Positions 20,702 through 33,598 of a DNA stretch of 54,615 bases are shown piece by piece. Within the stretch, counting starts at the first letter, position 1. The number at the start of each line of letters is the position of its first letter. The stretch is from contig CBCXTV010000007.1 in NCBI GenBank assembly GCA_965178125.1, positions 1 through 54,615 of the forward strand. The letters are read 5' to 3'. The notes under the pieces are model-generated. The model saw only the letters and a list, made by a program, of their open reading frames with translations, did not search any database and was not told the origin of the DNA. This stretch comes from Bilabrum cf. latius (taxonomy: Eukaryota). Both the position numbers and the translations under genes were made by a program.

Positions 20702-22767
20702 GGCCCGAGTATGGTGGTACGATTCGATCGTACACAGCGAAGGAGGATGTGTCTCGAGTCGAGAGCAATGCGGGGCGAGCCACTGATGGGAAGTTTCATG
20801 TCAAGGCCCATTTCCGACAGTGCGCTCGATCCTGAGCCCCCTTTCGAACATGCGCCCGTGCATTGGTGCATGGTATCGGTGTGTCGCGTGCACTTTTGTG
20901 CTGTCGTTGCTCGGCCGGTCGTTCGTGTGCAAATGTCCGCGCGCCCCTGCCGTGCGCGGTAGACTTGCGGGTGATTTCACTTTCCCGGAATTGATTGCCG
21001 GAGCGATTATGCCTGATCGATTCTGCGAGCATGCTGAGATGGAAATGAAGACGGCGACGGGCTCGTTTCATCATTTCGATATGGTGGAGATGGGCACAAC
21101 GAAACTGTCGTTTCGCCAACGTCACCAGTGGGCGGGCGGGCGGGCAAGCGGGTGGGCTGGCGGGCGGTCGGGCGTGCGGGCGGGCGGGCGTGCGGGCGGG
21201 CGGGCGGGCGGGTGGGCGGGCGGGCGGGCGGGCGGGCGCGCGGGCGGGCGGGCGGGCGGGCGGGCGGGCGGGCGCTCGGGTGGGCGGGCGGGCGCCCGGA
21301 CGGGCGGGCGGTCGCCTGCGCGGGCGGGCGGGCGGACGAGCGGGCGGACGGGCGGGCGGGTGGGCGGGCGCGGGCGGGCGGGCGGGCGGGTCCTTGCGGG
21401 TGGGCGGTCGGACGCTGGTGGGCGGGCGGGCCGGCGTGCGCGGGCGCGCGGGCGCTGGCGGGCGGGCGGGCGGGTCCGGGCGGGCGAGCACGTTTACCGC
21501 CAAACATAACGAACCCTTGATTGCGCAACGGAGATACTGACGACATGAGACCACTTTATACGCGGGACGGCTGAAGGCTCGTTTCCCGGCTGAAGATGGA
21601 GCCGTGATGGTTTCTTCCTCGGCTGAAAATCTCGAAAGCATGTGCATTGACTTACAAGCCTTGGCATCCCAGATCGTGTCACACCTTACACACGACCCAC
21701 ACGGTTCCGGATGCGCCCTGGGGTGGTCGGGGCTGCGGGACGGGAGACCGGTGGGAGGGAGTGAGAAGTATGTGGATGGGGGGTGGCTTGGTCGTGCGCG
21801 TGGGTGTGTCGGGGCGGGTGGGTGGGGATGAACGTGGTGGGACGAGGAAAGGGTTAGGACGGATGGTCGGGCGTGTGGTTGCCTGTGGATGATGTCGGAG
21901 CGCGTCACTTGCGCTCGATCCAAGTCGGTTTCGCGCGCCTGAGTTGCGTAGCCGTGCTGGCGACGCACCGTCCGGTGAGCTTGTTCCGTCCTCGCGCCTT
22001 GTTGCCGTCGACGGCTGCCTCGGCGGCAAAGGTGCCGGCCGGCGACTCCAGTGCGCGTGCAACCCGTTCGCGTTCCGCAGTCGTGGTCCAATGCCGTCAC
22101 TCGCAGCGTATCGGAGCGCGACCTCAATATGCTAGCGTGCTTGTCGCGAGCTCGCACACACACATTCGCTGGCCGTGTCATGGTTTGCGCAGCATGGTCG
22201 GCTGTTACGCAAATCGGTTCTTTGTGCGGTCTTCGTCGCACTGACATGACAACGAATGCACCCTGACTACTTGCGGTTCTCGACATAACCCGACAGTATT
22301 CATGCTGCGACCGGAACATGCGAGACCTAAAAATAACCGACAAGCCGGATGATTGTGGAGCGCCGGGTTCGGTTCTCGTGCGGTCGCTTATCCTATAGTG
22401 GTATGGAAGATTTGAGCGTTTTGCATCACCGGGCTTTTCCCGTGCCTGGTGCAAATCGGCTGCTCGAAACGACTCTGGGCTGGCGGTGGGGAGGCCCGGA
22501 TAGTGGCGGGATGATGCTGGTGGGGGGGGTGTCGATGGAGTGTGCGTGGGGTCAGTCGGGGCGGGAGGCGGGGCTGGTGATGGTAAGGGGGGGGAGATGG
22601 TGGAGCGGACAAATCGCGCGGATGGTCACCTGCACAAAATGTCGGAACGCATGAGATGTGACTGGTCCATTACGCGTTCGCATTTCCCATGTTATCTAGG
22701 TCTGCTGATTGCGCAGCATCATGCGGGACAAGAGTCTCTCTGAAGGCCTCGCCGTCGTCGACGGTTG

Positions 22768-24869
22768 TCACTGCGGCAGCGGCACCGGCTGCCGGCTCCA
22801 GCGCGCGTACGCCACGTTCGCGTCCAGCGGCTGCCGCTGGATGCTGTTCCGCGCGGCGTACACGAAGTCAGCCTTTGTATGCTAGCGTGCTACCCGGCAA
22901 CCCTCACACGTGCGCACGCGTTCGCATCGTGCGGACACGGTTGGCCGCAAGATAGTCCGGCCTTTGTCGAGCCACTGTTGCTTCGACATGAAAACGATGC
23001 CATTTTGGAGTGTGGCGCGGACTGGCGTGACGTCATTGTCGAATGCTATCATCGCAACACTCATGTGCCGAAATTGTTTTGATAGGTTCCTGAATTGTGG
23101 AGTCCCCTGTTTCGCCTCCGTCGGGTTGCGCACCCAGTAGCGGTACCCGAAGCTCTGGCCGATCTGTCTCAAACGGCGCTGCTCGCGCTTGGTGCGCGGC
23201 GCCCCTGACGAGTCGGCACCGGCGGTTTCGACGGTGGGATCGGCGGCAGAAGGCTCGTTCCGACCCGACCGTCCGCCGCCTTTTCCCTTGCGGCCGCGGC
23301 CTTTCGTCGTGGACGACTGCGCCTCGCCTGTGATGTGATGGACGCCCGCCCTCCCCCCGTTTTTTTCAGCGCTATAGCACGGACGTTTCAACTCCTTAGC
23401 CCCAAAAGAAAAAGGAAAATCGGCCACCTTCGTCGCGCGTCGGCGGCCGCAGCGCCCGCGGATCGGCGAACCAAGCGTCCGCGTCCGCTGGGCCTACGGC
23501 CCACGCTGGCATGGGCTCCGGGAACGCCCAATGGCTGAGCCATCGGTGCGCGGCCGGCGTAGGCGCGTCGGCCAGCGTCGCGAGACGTTGGCACTTGCCC
23601 TTCTTCTCGAAGCTCGCGAGGAACTTCTGCCGTTCGCGGGGGTCTTGACTGCGGCGCGTTCCTGGGCACACCCAACGTTCTGTCCACGCGGACGGGCGCA
23701 CCCAACCTGGTCCATGTGCAGTGTCGCAATGGGACACATGCTCCACGCAGGCGCCGATTCCGGGCACGACGTAGCACGCTCGGGCCGCTCGGCCCTTGGT
23801 TCCAAGGAACCATTTCAAGTCCAGGTCCCAGTGCCCTCGGGTTCCCCCGAGTTCATCGGGTTTCTTCATGGACTCCATCATCGTCGTCGCGCCGCTCTTC
23901 GTCACCATGATGAACTGCGATCCGAAGCCAAACTGTGCCTCATCGCGCACGTTCTGTCCCGGCTGGCCGCACGCCCACCCGCTCCAAACGATATCACCGC
24001 AGCTCGCACGATGCGCTTGCGTTGCTATGGCGCACACATCTTCTAGAACTTGTGGGCACGCGATGTGGCGTTCCGTCGGCCGCAACTGGATCGCGACGAA
24101 GTGGCCCGCCTTCGATATGGGTGCGACAACTTCGAGAAATGGAAAGAAGATGCGTACTCATGCACGTGCACGTCGCGTCAGTTCGTCGGCGACTGTGCGA
24201 TCATCACAGGTGGCGAAAGGCTCATGCCTGTCCTTTCTTCACGCTATCATGCCTACTGACCCTTCCCCCTTCAAAAAATACGTGCTCATCCGCCTGTTTC
24301 AGCCGTCGGTCCGGCTGCGGTTGCTGAGCCACCGCAGGGGGCTGGAGGCTCCTGCCTGCGTCGCGCATCGCCTGCAGCTCCAGCGCCACGCTTCCGCGTG
24401 GTCTCGGCGCCGGCGCCGCGTCCGGCTCGAAGCGAAAATCCTCTTCGAAGCACAAAAAGAGGACGTCATCGGGCCAACGCTCGTCGAGCGCCAGCGGGAT
24501 GAAGTAGTCCTGAGCATACGACATGGGGTCACTGGCATGTACTATTGCGCGTATACGCCACCGCTGGCACGACTGTTGTCGGCGACAATGGCACATCACG
24601 TCAAATGCTGATACCAAACACGATCCACACTGTGATGACTCCATGCTTTCCTAATGCGTGCTACCATCCTCCCACCAGCTTCGCACTGTCGTCGACCGAT
24701 CGCATCCTGGTTGCAACGCGGTCGTCCGCGCAATGCAAACCAGTGGTTGCAGCGGCAGTAGCTTCTCCGCCAGGTATGTCCCGGCGTCGTTTGGGTCGGC
24801 GCCGAAGTGCGTCACAATCAGCGCCTGGAATAAGAAATGGTCCGATTGCTCAAAAAGCCAATGAGACAT
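22768..24869 (-). CDS. Multi-exon GT-like gene, copy 2
   Basis: Same ORF pieces as copy 1; the T-tract length difference falls inside a predicted intron. Confidence 0.5.
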
Positions 24870-27310
24870 GTGACGAGCTTATGCACGGGACGGCGGTAGG
24901 CTCGTTTCCCGGCATGTAACGGGGCGGCAAGGGCTCGTTCCCCGGTTCACAATTGCGAAAGTTCGTGCATTGACCGACATGTCCTGTCCCGTGAAATCAC
25001 GCCACACATCACAGCTCCTCGAAATGGCGTAAGACCCAATGCTCGGCACAAAAGAATGCGTGTCATGTTACGACTGCTTCATGGGAGCACCACGACTGGC
25101 CGACCGTTCACCATGTGGACGAACCTCTGCGGCTCGAAGTCCGCATAGGTACTTCTGTTGCGCGTGAGATGACCGATCTCATCACGCGCTGACAATCCGG
25201 CATCGACAAGAGTGTCATCGAAATCGATGACGAGACTATCGCTCGCGCTGGCTCTGCTTCCTGCGGCGCGACTTCCGGCCGGTGTCGGCGCTCCGCGACG
25301 CTCCTGCAGCGTGGCCTCCCCGCTGCGCTGGAGCTCCGTCGCGTGCGCTGCGTGGACCGGCAGCCATGTGCCGCCGATGCCTTCGTCGGGCTGACGCTTC
25401 TTCCTCTTCGGCATCGGTGTGCGAAGACGCGCGTGGGCCCGGACGGAATCCATCCCAGTAAAGAAATGACGCGATAAGCGCGGGCGGACATGGATTCCGC
25501 AGCGTTCACATACGTCAGCACATGTTATGTCACGACATGTATATGTGCAATCTGCATCTTACGCATACACCAGCATTTCCGACATGTTTCATGCTGTGAA
25601 ACAAAACCAATCGCCAAATACCCGCAACAAATGAAAATTGGAAATTTCAACGCTCATATGCATAAAATGACAATGTGCATCATCCTCGAGTTGAACAGCT
25701 GCCCGCTGCAGGAGTCGTGAAGGCGCCGACGGCATCCACGCCATCGCACGCGCCCGCGCGCCGGACCCCTCTGGACATGACGCCGAACCACGGCGAAAGG
25801 CTCGTTTAGTTCGACGCGATCACTCACCGCATCAGCCGCCGCGGCGCTGCCACACAGGCGCCGGGGGTGAGCGCGATCGACCGCTGGTCGAGTCCGCGCT
25901 GCGGCGCGCCGCGCGCCGCGCCTCGCCAGCGCGGCGCTCGTCGTTCCACAACTCGCCGCTCGGGGGGACGGTGCCATCTCCGGCACGTCCAGCCACGAAG
26001 GGAAGAAACTCCGCGCCGTTGATGCGCGCATGCAACGTGAGCACACCCGGCGGGCGCTCGACGTTAACGCGCCACGTTGTCCGCACCACCAGTCTGGTGC
26101 TTCCGTCGTCCTGCCGCTCACCGAGACAAGTCACGGAATCGACAGTAAGGGCACCACTCTGGGTGCCGACTTGCCGCTGCAATAGGGCTGTGACCCAACG
26201 CGCGTGGGTATCGCTCGCCATGTGGGCGACAACGCATGCGCACAAACGGGATTTTCCTGAAAGCCATGTATGAGCGCGCACGTAAAAACGCGTGAATGCG
26301 CGGAACCGAATTTCTACACGCTCGCCTGCATCAGCATCCAAAATTTCCTCATACGAACTTCGAACCGTGTTTTACGTCGCTCGCAAAATGAAACGCGACA
26401 GCACCATATCAGCATGTCCCCTAATCAATGCTTCGCCCCGCGGTTTCAGAACCTGCCATCCATGCGCATGAATCGGAGACCAAACTTACACAGCAAAGAA
26501 ACAAGGGGGTTAGAAAACAGCGGGAGAAAGCTCAAAACGGCGAAAAATGCGGGACGCACAAACGATGGGAAGGGGGGGGCGAACAAAAGAAATATCCGTA
26601 GGAACACGTCATGTGGTAAAAAAAAAAAATCACTCACAATCCCAAGGGGCCTACATAGGCTCATACATGTTGACACACTGTGCAACAGCATGATTTTGTC
26701 AACCATTATATGACGACATCTGCGAGTTGAGGGCAAAATCGTTTATGCGTTGGATGCAACATTCATGATCACACCGCCGAATATTCCGAAAATTGCCCTC
26801 GTTGTCAGCGACTCTCGGTGGAACGCACGCGTCACCGATGGCCGACTCGTAACAAGAAAATATGAGACATGCTTGCGATCACGTCGGCGTTTGCTTGGGC
26901 TGTGTGCGTACGGAGATTCCCAAACTAGGCTCACGTTAGCCCGAACGACATGATTACGGTTGCAATGACCCAGCGCTATACACGTGCAACACGTCCTGGG
27001 ATGTTTCATCACACTGTCGCATAATCAGGCCCATCATGCGAGCCAAAGACACCCCAGGCCTCAAGAATGAGACGGCGAGGACCTGTGCGACGAGCAAAAG
27101 GACCGAGATTTGGGAAAAGAGCGGGGAGGGTGGGAAGGGGGATAGGCGCGAAAAAAAGGGGATCTCCTTCAGGGACGGACAGGGGAGGAGCGAGACGGGG
27201 GATGGGAAAGGGGGACCCGAATTGGGGCCGCAGGAAGGTGACGAATCCGCGGCCCCGACTTCAGGACCGCGGGGCTGGTTTTGAGACCGTTTCCGGCCCA
27301 GGAAACTGGA

Positions 27311-27353
27311 CACGAAAAAGTGAAGCCCGACAGTCGGGCTTCACTTTTTCGTG
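27311..27353. repeat. Perfect 43-bp palindrome; putative TIR-TIR junction (copy 2)
   Basis: Identical to 12625-12667. Confidence 0.85.
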
Positions 27354-28163
27354 CTCGCTTTTCGGGGGCGAAAACAGCACCGAAATCGAGGCCGTTTTTT
27401 GGCGCATGTGGCAGAAATCGAGCAAGCAATGTACACATGATTCCACCTTTGGAAGGACTTACCACCTTCAGTGGCTTCCGTCATAATGTTTCAAGTCATA
27501 ATCAACGAGATCCAGGACGCGACGCCACAACGCATGTGGCCACAACCGACACTTGGCCCCAAACAAACTGTGCTCGAACACCCTCAAGACCAAACGGCAT
27601 CCAACTGACCGGAACACGAAATACACGGACCGCTATTTAAGGATCGTCCTGCATAACGAGACAAGCAAACTTACATGACGGACATGAAACATATCTCGAT
27701 GCGTCTAACTGGCGGACGGGCGGGCGGACAGGCGAACGGGCGAACAGACGACTGACCGGATGGGCAGCCGGGCGGGCTGGCGGGTGAGCGGCAGCGGGTG
27801 GGCGGGCGAGCGGCCGGATGTACGCGGACAAACGGGCGGGCGATCGAGCGCGGGCGGGCGCGCGGGCGGGCGGGCGGACGGGCGCGGGCGGGCGGACACG
27901 ACGGGCGGGCGGGCGCAGGCGGGCAGGCGGGGCGCGGGCGGTCGGGCAGGCGGGCGGGCAGGCAGGCGGGCGGGACGAAATACGAAAACGGGAAAAACAC
28001 GAACGCGCACGGGCTTTTCAAAACACGGCCACAGCCCGAGCCTCGACTGTGATCGTCCGCGCGGGGAGTCCCTGGCGCCGTTCACGCCGCCCACTTGAAA
28101 CGCGCCACGACGGCGGGCGCTGAGGCGACCACGGAGCGGCTCCCCGAACGGCGACAGGCTCGT

Positions 28164-28871
28164 TTACGGGCAAGTGTCGTGCGCCCCGTCCTCACACCCT
28201 GACGAGTCTGTGTCCATCACGGTCGTGATGGGATCCTGTAGTTCCATCGGATGTGTGCACTCCTCAAAATAACCACGCAAATGCTCCGCTGACTCAGCAA
28301 AGACAAGGCCCTCCACCATCTTCTGATTGCCTTGCCCCAGAACAAAAGAGCGAGTGGAGTCTGCGACACAATGCCCAGCATCCACGATTCGAACGTTAAG
28401 ACACACATGAACGTCGACAACGCCCTTCTGGCACATGTTCGACAAGTATGTCTTCGCAGACGTGAAGTCGGAACAGCCGCACCGTCGGCAAACGATGCGG
28501 CCTCGACCACACAAGGTGCGATGCTTCAAATCCGTCAACAATCTATACAATCGTCTGTGCGCCCGCTGCTGACCAGACACTGTAAGCTGGTCATACGCAA
28601 CCATCTCATCGCACATGCCGCACATCAAGCTATCCAGACGTAAAAAACAATCCGCAATGTCAGGAATGTGCATACCAGCCGGCGCCAACACGACTTCGCC
28701 AGGCTTTGCGAAAACTAACTTGGCACACCAGTCCCGCTTCTCAGTTGCCACAAGCACGACACCATCCCGGACGTCAAGCTTCACTTCCATCACACGCGAA
28801 TCCGCCTGGCACATCGAGTTCCGCGAGCGTTTCTGCGTCTCTGTCGCCGCTGCATCCGAACTGCAAGCCAT
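28164..28871 (-). CDS. Cys-rich hypothetical protein, copy 2
   Basis: Lies within ORF 28164..28979. Confidence 0.65.
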   Translation of the reverse strand: MACSSDAAATETQKRSRNSMCQADSRVMEVKLDVRDGVVLVATEKRDWCAKLVFAKPGEVVLAPAGMHIPDIADCFLRLDSLMCGMCDEMVAYDQLTVSGQQRAHRRLYRLLTDLKHRTLCGRGRIVCRRCGCSDFTSAKTYLSNMCQKGVVDVHVCLNVRIVDAGHCVADSTRSFVLGQGNQKMVEGLVFAESAEHLRGYFEECTHPMELQDPITTVMDTDSSGCEDGAHDTCP

Positions 28872-30240
28872 GGCACGGGCCGGACTGGCGAAGAAGGAAA
28901 CGCGACACGACAGGATGCGAGGTTGGGCCTCCGAAACAGGCAATCTGCCAGCCAAAACGACTGTGCCGTCATGGTCCATTCGAGTGTAAGGCGTAATCGC
29001 ATATCACTCAATACCCTTGCAATCACCCTGCATCAACGCATCACGCCTACAATTTTCGTACTGGTTGCGGTCCGATGATGCCCGACACGCAAACGCTGCG
29101 TGCCACAGAGCAATGGATCAATCGCTTGCAGATTCGTCTTCAGCCGACAGCGATGTGAGGGCGAAACTACCCATGCGAAGCCTCATGTAAAACACAAGCT
29201 TTCTACAATGTGATCCGTCATACATACAGGCTCGAACACGCGCCAGTACGCTCCTCCATGGAATCGATGAATAGCGCACTCTCGTCCGCAGTCTTCGCCC
29301 GGCGGACGATCGGCATGCGGATGCATTTGCACATTTATAATGCACAGAGATCCCTGCGCTGATTCTTTGGGAACTGAGATTGAATGTCATAGCAACTATG
29401 AACGCTAAACTGGCAACTTTCCTAATCTCGAAATGACGACGGCGACAGGCTCATTTCGTCATTTCAGCATTGCGCGGATAACAATGGCAGAAATCTCATG
29501 GCGCAAAGATATCGAATGGGACCACGGGCGGGCGGACTGGCACGCGAACAGGCAGGCGGCAGGACGTGCAGGCGGGCAAATGGGCGGGCGTACGGGCGGG
29601 CGAGCGGACGAACGGGCGGGCGGGCGGACGGACGGCCGGGCGGGCGGATGCGCGGGCGGGCACGCTGGCGCGCACACGAGCGAGCGGACGGGTGCGCGGG
29701 CGGGCGAACGGACGGGCGGGCGGACGGGCGGGCGGGCGAAGGCGGACGGGCGAACGGACGGGCGCGCGGGCAGGGACGGGCGGACGCGCGCCGGCGGCCG
29801 CGCGGGCGCGGCGAACGCGCAAACGAGCGCGGGCGGCCGAGCGGGCGCGGACGGGCGGGCGCGAGCGAGTGGGGCGAGAACCCCATGACGAACCCACAGC
29901 ACGCAATTTCAAACGTCGACCGCACGCCTCGCAAGCAAGCTGTTACGACTGTCACCGCGAAGACGGACCTATACACACAGTAAAACAACCACAACCGAGA
30001 TCCATCCCTGCATTCCCTGTACATCCGCAGAGACGAACACACTATCGAGACGGAACGTGCCACACGCACAGGACAGCGGGATGGGTAGCAGACTCCTGAT
30101 CCCGTTCTGCCCGACCCGTAGGGCAGTGGGATGAGTAAGGACTCGGGTTCCCATTCAGCCCTGCATGTGGATGGAGCGACAACATATTGCTGAAGACATG
30201 ACTGCAATGTTGTTCATTGCATGCGAAAGGCATATTGTCG

Positions 30241-31707
30241 TCACTCCATCCACAACGGGTCTTTTACCCACACGTATGTCTGGTTGCCAAGAATCCACGC
30301 GCGGTCCTCGGCGGACAACGCTTGGAGAGCCGTGTCCCAATGATTCGATGTGCACACCATGCGTGTTCGATGAGTGAAAATTTCATACTGGTAGCAGTTC
30401 GTGGACGAACTTGCAAGCTGTACGCGGGCCGTCGACGCCTGAAAAAGCTTCCGCTCCGCCACAACGACCGCGGGACTGACCTCGTCGAACAAGATCAATC
30501 CGTCCCGTTCCCAGTCAAAATCTTTTAGTGACGGCAACGTCTGGCCCGAACAATTCACTTCGAACACACGCATGCCTTCGGGCTGTAACGTCCGCGCGAA
30601 GGACGTTTTTCCGGTGCACGTTGGACCGTCCAACACTAGGAAGCGGTAACGCTGCATCAAAACGCCGTACTGACGGAGCCAACCTTCGACGTCCGGCAGA
30701 CTTCTCCACGTGCGACGTTGCAACGCGAAGTGCGCATCAACCGCGCGGCGGTACGCTTCCACGCGCTCGCGCGCGCGCGCCCGGTCCATGAGACCAAGGT
30801 CGGATAGATACCGAGTCGCACCTATGCCCACGCGCTCAAGAAGCGAACGCGCCGACTCCGTCGACAACTTTTCGCTCTGGGCCAGCTGCATGACCCACAG
30901 CGCGTGCACGGGGTAATCGCGGAACGGCTGCCGGTCGGAATCAGTCCACAGATGACCGACTTTCTCGACACAGCAGTAAAAGTATGGAAGCCACTCGCCG
31001 ACACCGTTGCGCGACCGGCCCTCGAAACGTTCGGGAGGTCGCACGTGCGGGGAAACGCCACGAAACGACGTTGCCCCGTGACTGACCACGCGAAGGAAAC
31101 CGGGCACCGCACCTCGGAGAAAGCACACGTGAAAATGCACTTGAGCGCTCCGCTCTCGGTGAAAGGTCTGCGGACATATCTCCGCACAGATGGCCCGGTG
31201 CGTTGCTCCGATGAACTCCCCAAGCGCGTGCGCATAGAACACAAACTCGTGCCAGAGACGCACAACGTCGGCACGACGCATAAGCAAAAGCGCAGCGTCG
31301 TCAACGCACGCGCACGCACGCACCTCCGCATCCGCAAAAAGCCATTCTGCGGAAATGAAGGTCAGAAAAGTCCTACGACGCGCGCCACATGACTCCTTGT
31401 GAGGCATCAGGAGATCGGCGACTGGATCGCGGTCTATGTTGGCCGCCGTCAGGTACAACTGCGACACGGCCTTCTTCGCTTCCAAAGACAATGCAGCGAA
31501 CTTGACACGAAATTCACGGAAAGACTTCGCACTCGTCAGGGACGGCCCCTGCACCGCCACAGGCATCTCCAAACCTCTCTGGACGGCTCGCCATAGAAAC
31601 AGACGTGTCCGACCGCTCAAAAAGTCCCGACGCAATGCCTGATGGTCCGGTCCTGCATGCTCTGCACCGTCGGAATATCGCCCAAGGACGCCGCTAAAAC
31701 CTTCCAC
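30241..31707 (-). CDS. rep: CRESS/geminivirus-like replication initiator (HUH endonuclease + SF3 helicase), catalytic core intact
   Basis: Motif I TFLTF, motif II VHFHVCF, GRS-like FRGVSPHV, motif III-like YFYCCVEK, Walker A GPTCTGKT, Walker B LILFDE and motif C VCTSN, in canonical order. The true N-terminus is uncertain; a Ser-rich extension to 31904 is out of frame in this copy. Confidence 0.9.
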   Translation of the reverse strand: MEGFSGVLGRYSDGAEHAGPDHQALRRDFLSGRTRLFLWRAVQRGLEMPVAVQGPSLTSAKSFREFRVKFAALSLEAKKAVSQLYLTAANIDRDPVADLLMPHKESCGARRRTFLTFISAEWLFADAEVRACACVDDAALLLMRRADVVRLWHEFVFYAHALGEFIGATHRAICAEICPQTFHRERSAQVHFHVCFLRGAVPGFLRVVSHGATSFRGVSPHVRPPERFEGRSRNGVGEWLPYFYCCVEKVGHLWTDSDRQPFRDYPVHALWVMQLAQSEKLSTESARSLLERVGIGATRYLSDLGLMDRARARERVEAYRRAVDAHFALQRRTWRSLPDVEGWLRQYGVLMQRYRFLVLDGPTCTGKTSFARTLQPEGMRVFEVNCSGQTLPSLKDFDWERDGLILFDEVSPAVVVAERKLFQASTARVQLASSSTNCYQYEIFTHRTRMVCTSNHWDTALQALSAEDRAWILGNQTYVWVKDPLWME

Positions 31708-33103
31708 TGGGCAAAAGGCTCCTGAGCGGAACTATCAGTTGAGACCGCAGCTCCAGAAGAAGAAGACGACGTGGACGGAGTTTGCGCGACGTCGATATAT
31801 GACGACGCCAGAACACCCTTCGCAGACATACGCCGGCGCTTCAACTTGGGCGACGACGCGACAGCCACGTCATCCGACGACGGCGCGGATGACGATACAT
31901 TCATCGTCACAGGGACAAGGGAAACACAATGAATGCGAGGGACACACGACACTAGGCCAAACAGCATGGGATTCCGACACCGTGCACAAGAACACGAGCA
32001 ACAACGCATCTGACCATGCCACACCATTCTACTTCTGCCGGGACCGTCGCAGTCCGTCACACGACCCTGCTCGGATGCCCCTGACAGCCGCCGCAAACGC
32101 CTCTGTGGGAACTAGGATACCCGCCACAAGACCCGGGCACGCGTGCCCGAGGGGACCCTTCGGTCCCGCAAGAGAGACGGGGTCCCACCATGTCCTGACG
32201 TTTCATGAACGCCGCAAGACCCGGGCCCGGTCTTCTGTCCCACATGACACCTTCCACCATCATTGACGTCCCACCTATCTGCCCCCTCCCACCATGACAT
32301 CCCAATCATCCACCAATTACCCGCGTTAACCCGCCACACACACCACCTGGGGTTGCATCCTTATCCCAACACGTACCCACCCTTCTCTCTAAGAGTGCTT
32401 CTTTTCCCGAATGCCTTTGTCTCTCATGGTCAAAATCCGTGTGCAGCATACAACACATATGACTCCCCCTCGAACTCGTGGGACACCACGTTCCTGAACA
32501 CAACTCCTCCACCAACACATGCATAACACTGCCGCCTAGTTTGCGCGGGAACCCTTGCAATGAGGTGAAGTCGACGCAGGCGAAATCCAGAAAGGCCTTG
32601 TGGCGACCCCTCTTTTCGCGTCTTTTTGGCCCCCAAAGGTGGTGCCACGACCCCCTTTTTTTACTCGGCAAAAAGCGGTGTCACCATTCTCGGCCCTTAA
32701 AAATATTAATATGGCGGCGGCACCGCTTTGGGGACACCATGGTTTTTTTCGAGCAAAATGGCCTGTTTTCCTTGTAAACCCCCAAAAAACACAGGAAGGC
32801 GGTGACACCGCATTTTTTTCGAGTGAAATGGCCTTCCCTTTGAGAACTGATTTTCGAAAAAAAAACTCCCTCTTTGATGGTTTCTGTGCTTTTATTCTTG
32901 GTCAATCGTGGTGTTTAAACTGTATGTTGAGAACTTGTTGCCGTATTTCGAGTTCACTTTGGGCATTGAAGACTGACATTTTGTATTTTTCCGCTTCTAT
33001 GTTGGTTCTTTTTTCTGCGTCAGTTCGTGTGCGGTGTGTTTCGACTGATGGGAATGTGCGTGCTTCCTGCTGACAATACGGGTGCTCTCCGAGCGGCGCC
33101 CGT

Positions 33104-33598
33104 TCAACCCTTCTTGGCTTTTGCCTTCGCTGTACGGGGCCCTTTGACAGCCGTCGCGGAGACTGCGTCTCCGGAGGAACCGGGTCGCGCCTGCGGAGGA
33201 TTCTGTCGCATCTGCAGCACTGCGACGAGATCCTCGTCGTTCAACTGACGCGCCTTGCGCTTCAGTCTCGCCTTTCTTCTCTCTGCGTTTTTGAGGTTCT
33301 TCGCGACCTCCTTCTTCAGGTCGCGCGCTCTGTTTTTCTCCGCTCTCATGCGGTCGATGTACTCGAGCAAAGTCTCAGCGCTCTCTACCATTGCCGGAGG
33401 CTTTGGTCGGTCCGATGCCTCCGATTTTGCCGGCGCTGCTTCTACCTCTTGCGCTTCTGCTGTGACCATTACAGCTTCTTCGCCTTTGTCGATGACGGCA
33501 TCGACGGACGTGGTCCCAGGCGCACCCCCCGGGGATCGCGGTGGCGAGACGGTTCCGTGATCGCTGTCGGCGTCGCTGGTGGCGTCCTGGGTCGCCAT
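33104..33598 (-). CDS. Basic coiled-coil hypothetical protein, copy 3
   Basis: Same ORF with a net +1 codon. Confidence 0.75.
   Translation of the reverse strand: MATQDATSDADSDHGTVSPPRSPGGAPGTTSVDAVIDKGEEAVMVTAEAQEVEAAPAKSEASDRPKPPAMVESAETLLEYIDRMRAEKNRARDLKKEVAKNLKNAERRKARLKRKARQLNDEDLVAVLQMRQNPPQARPGSSGDAVSATAVKGPRTAKAKAKKG

Larger units (their letters stand above)
12645..27333 (-). mobile_element. Complete unit (junction to junction) of a putative Rep + DDD-transposase TIR element
   Basis: Bounded by two palindromic junctions read as abutting 23-bp TIRs (CAGTCGGGCTTCACTTTTTCGTG). Contains a pogo-like transposase and an HUH/SF3 Rep, with all credible genes on the - strand. Boundaries are inferred; no host flank is visible. 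Confidence 0.75.

Noticed and set aside
30241-31707. Helitron or Replitron assignment for the HUH gene
   Set aside because: The helicase is a short SF3 type (Walker A, B, motif C), not PIF1/SF1 as in Helitrons, and Replitrons lack a helicase.
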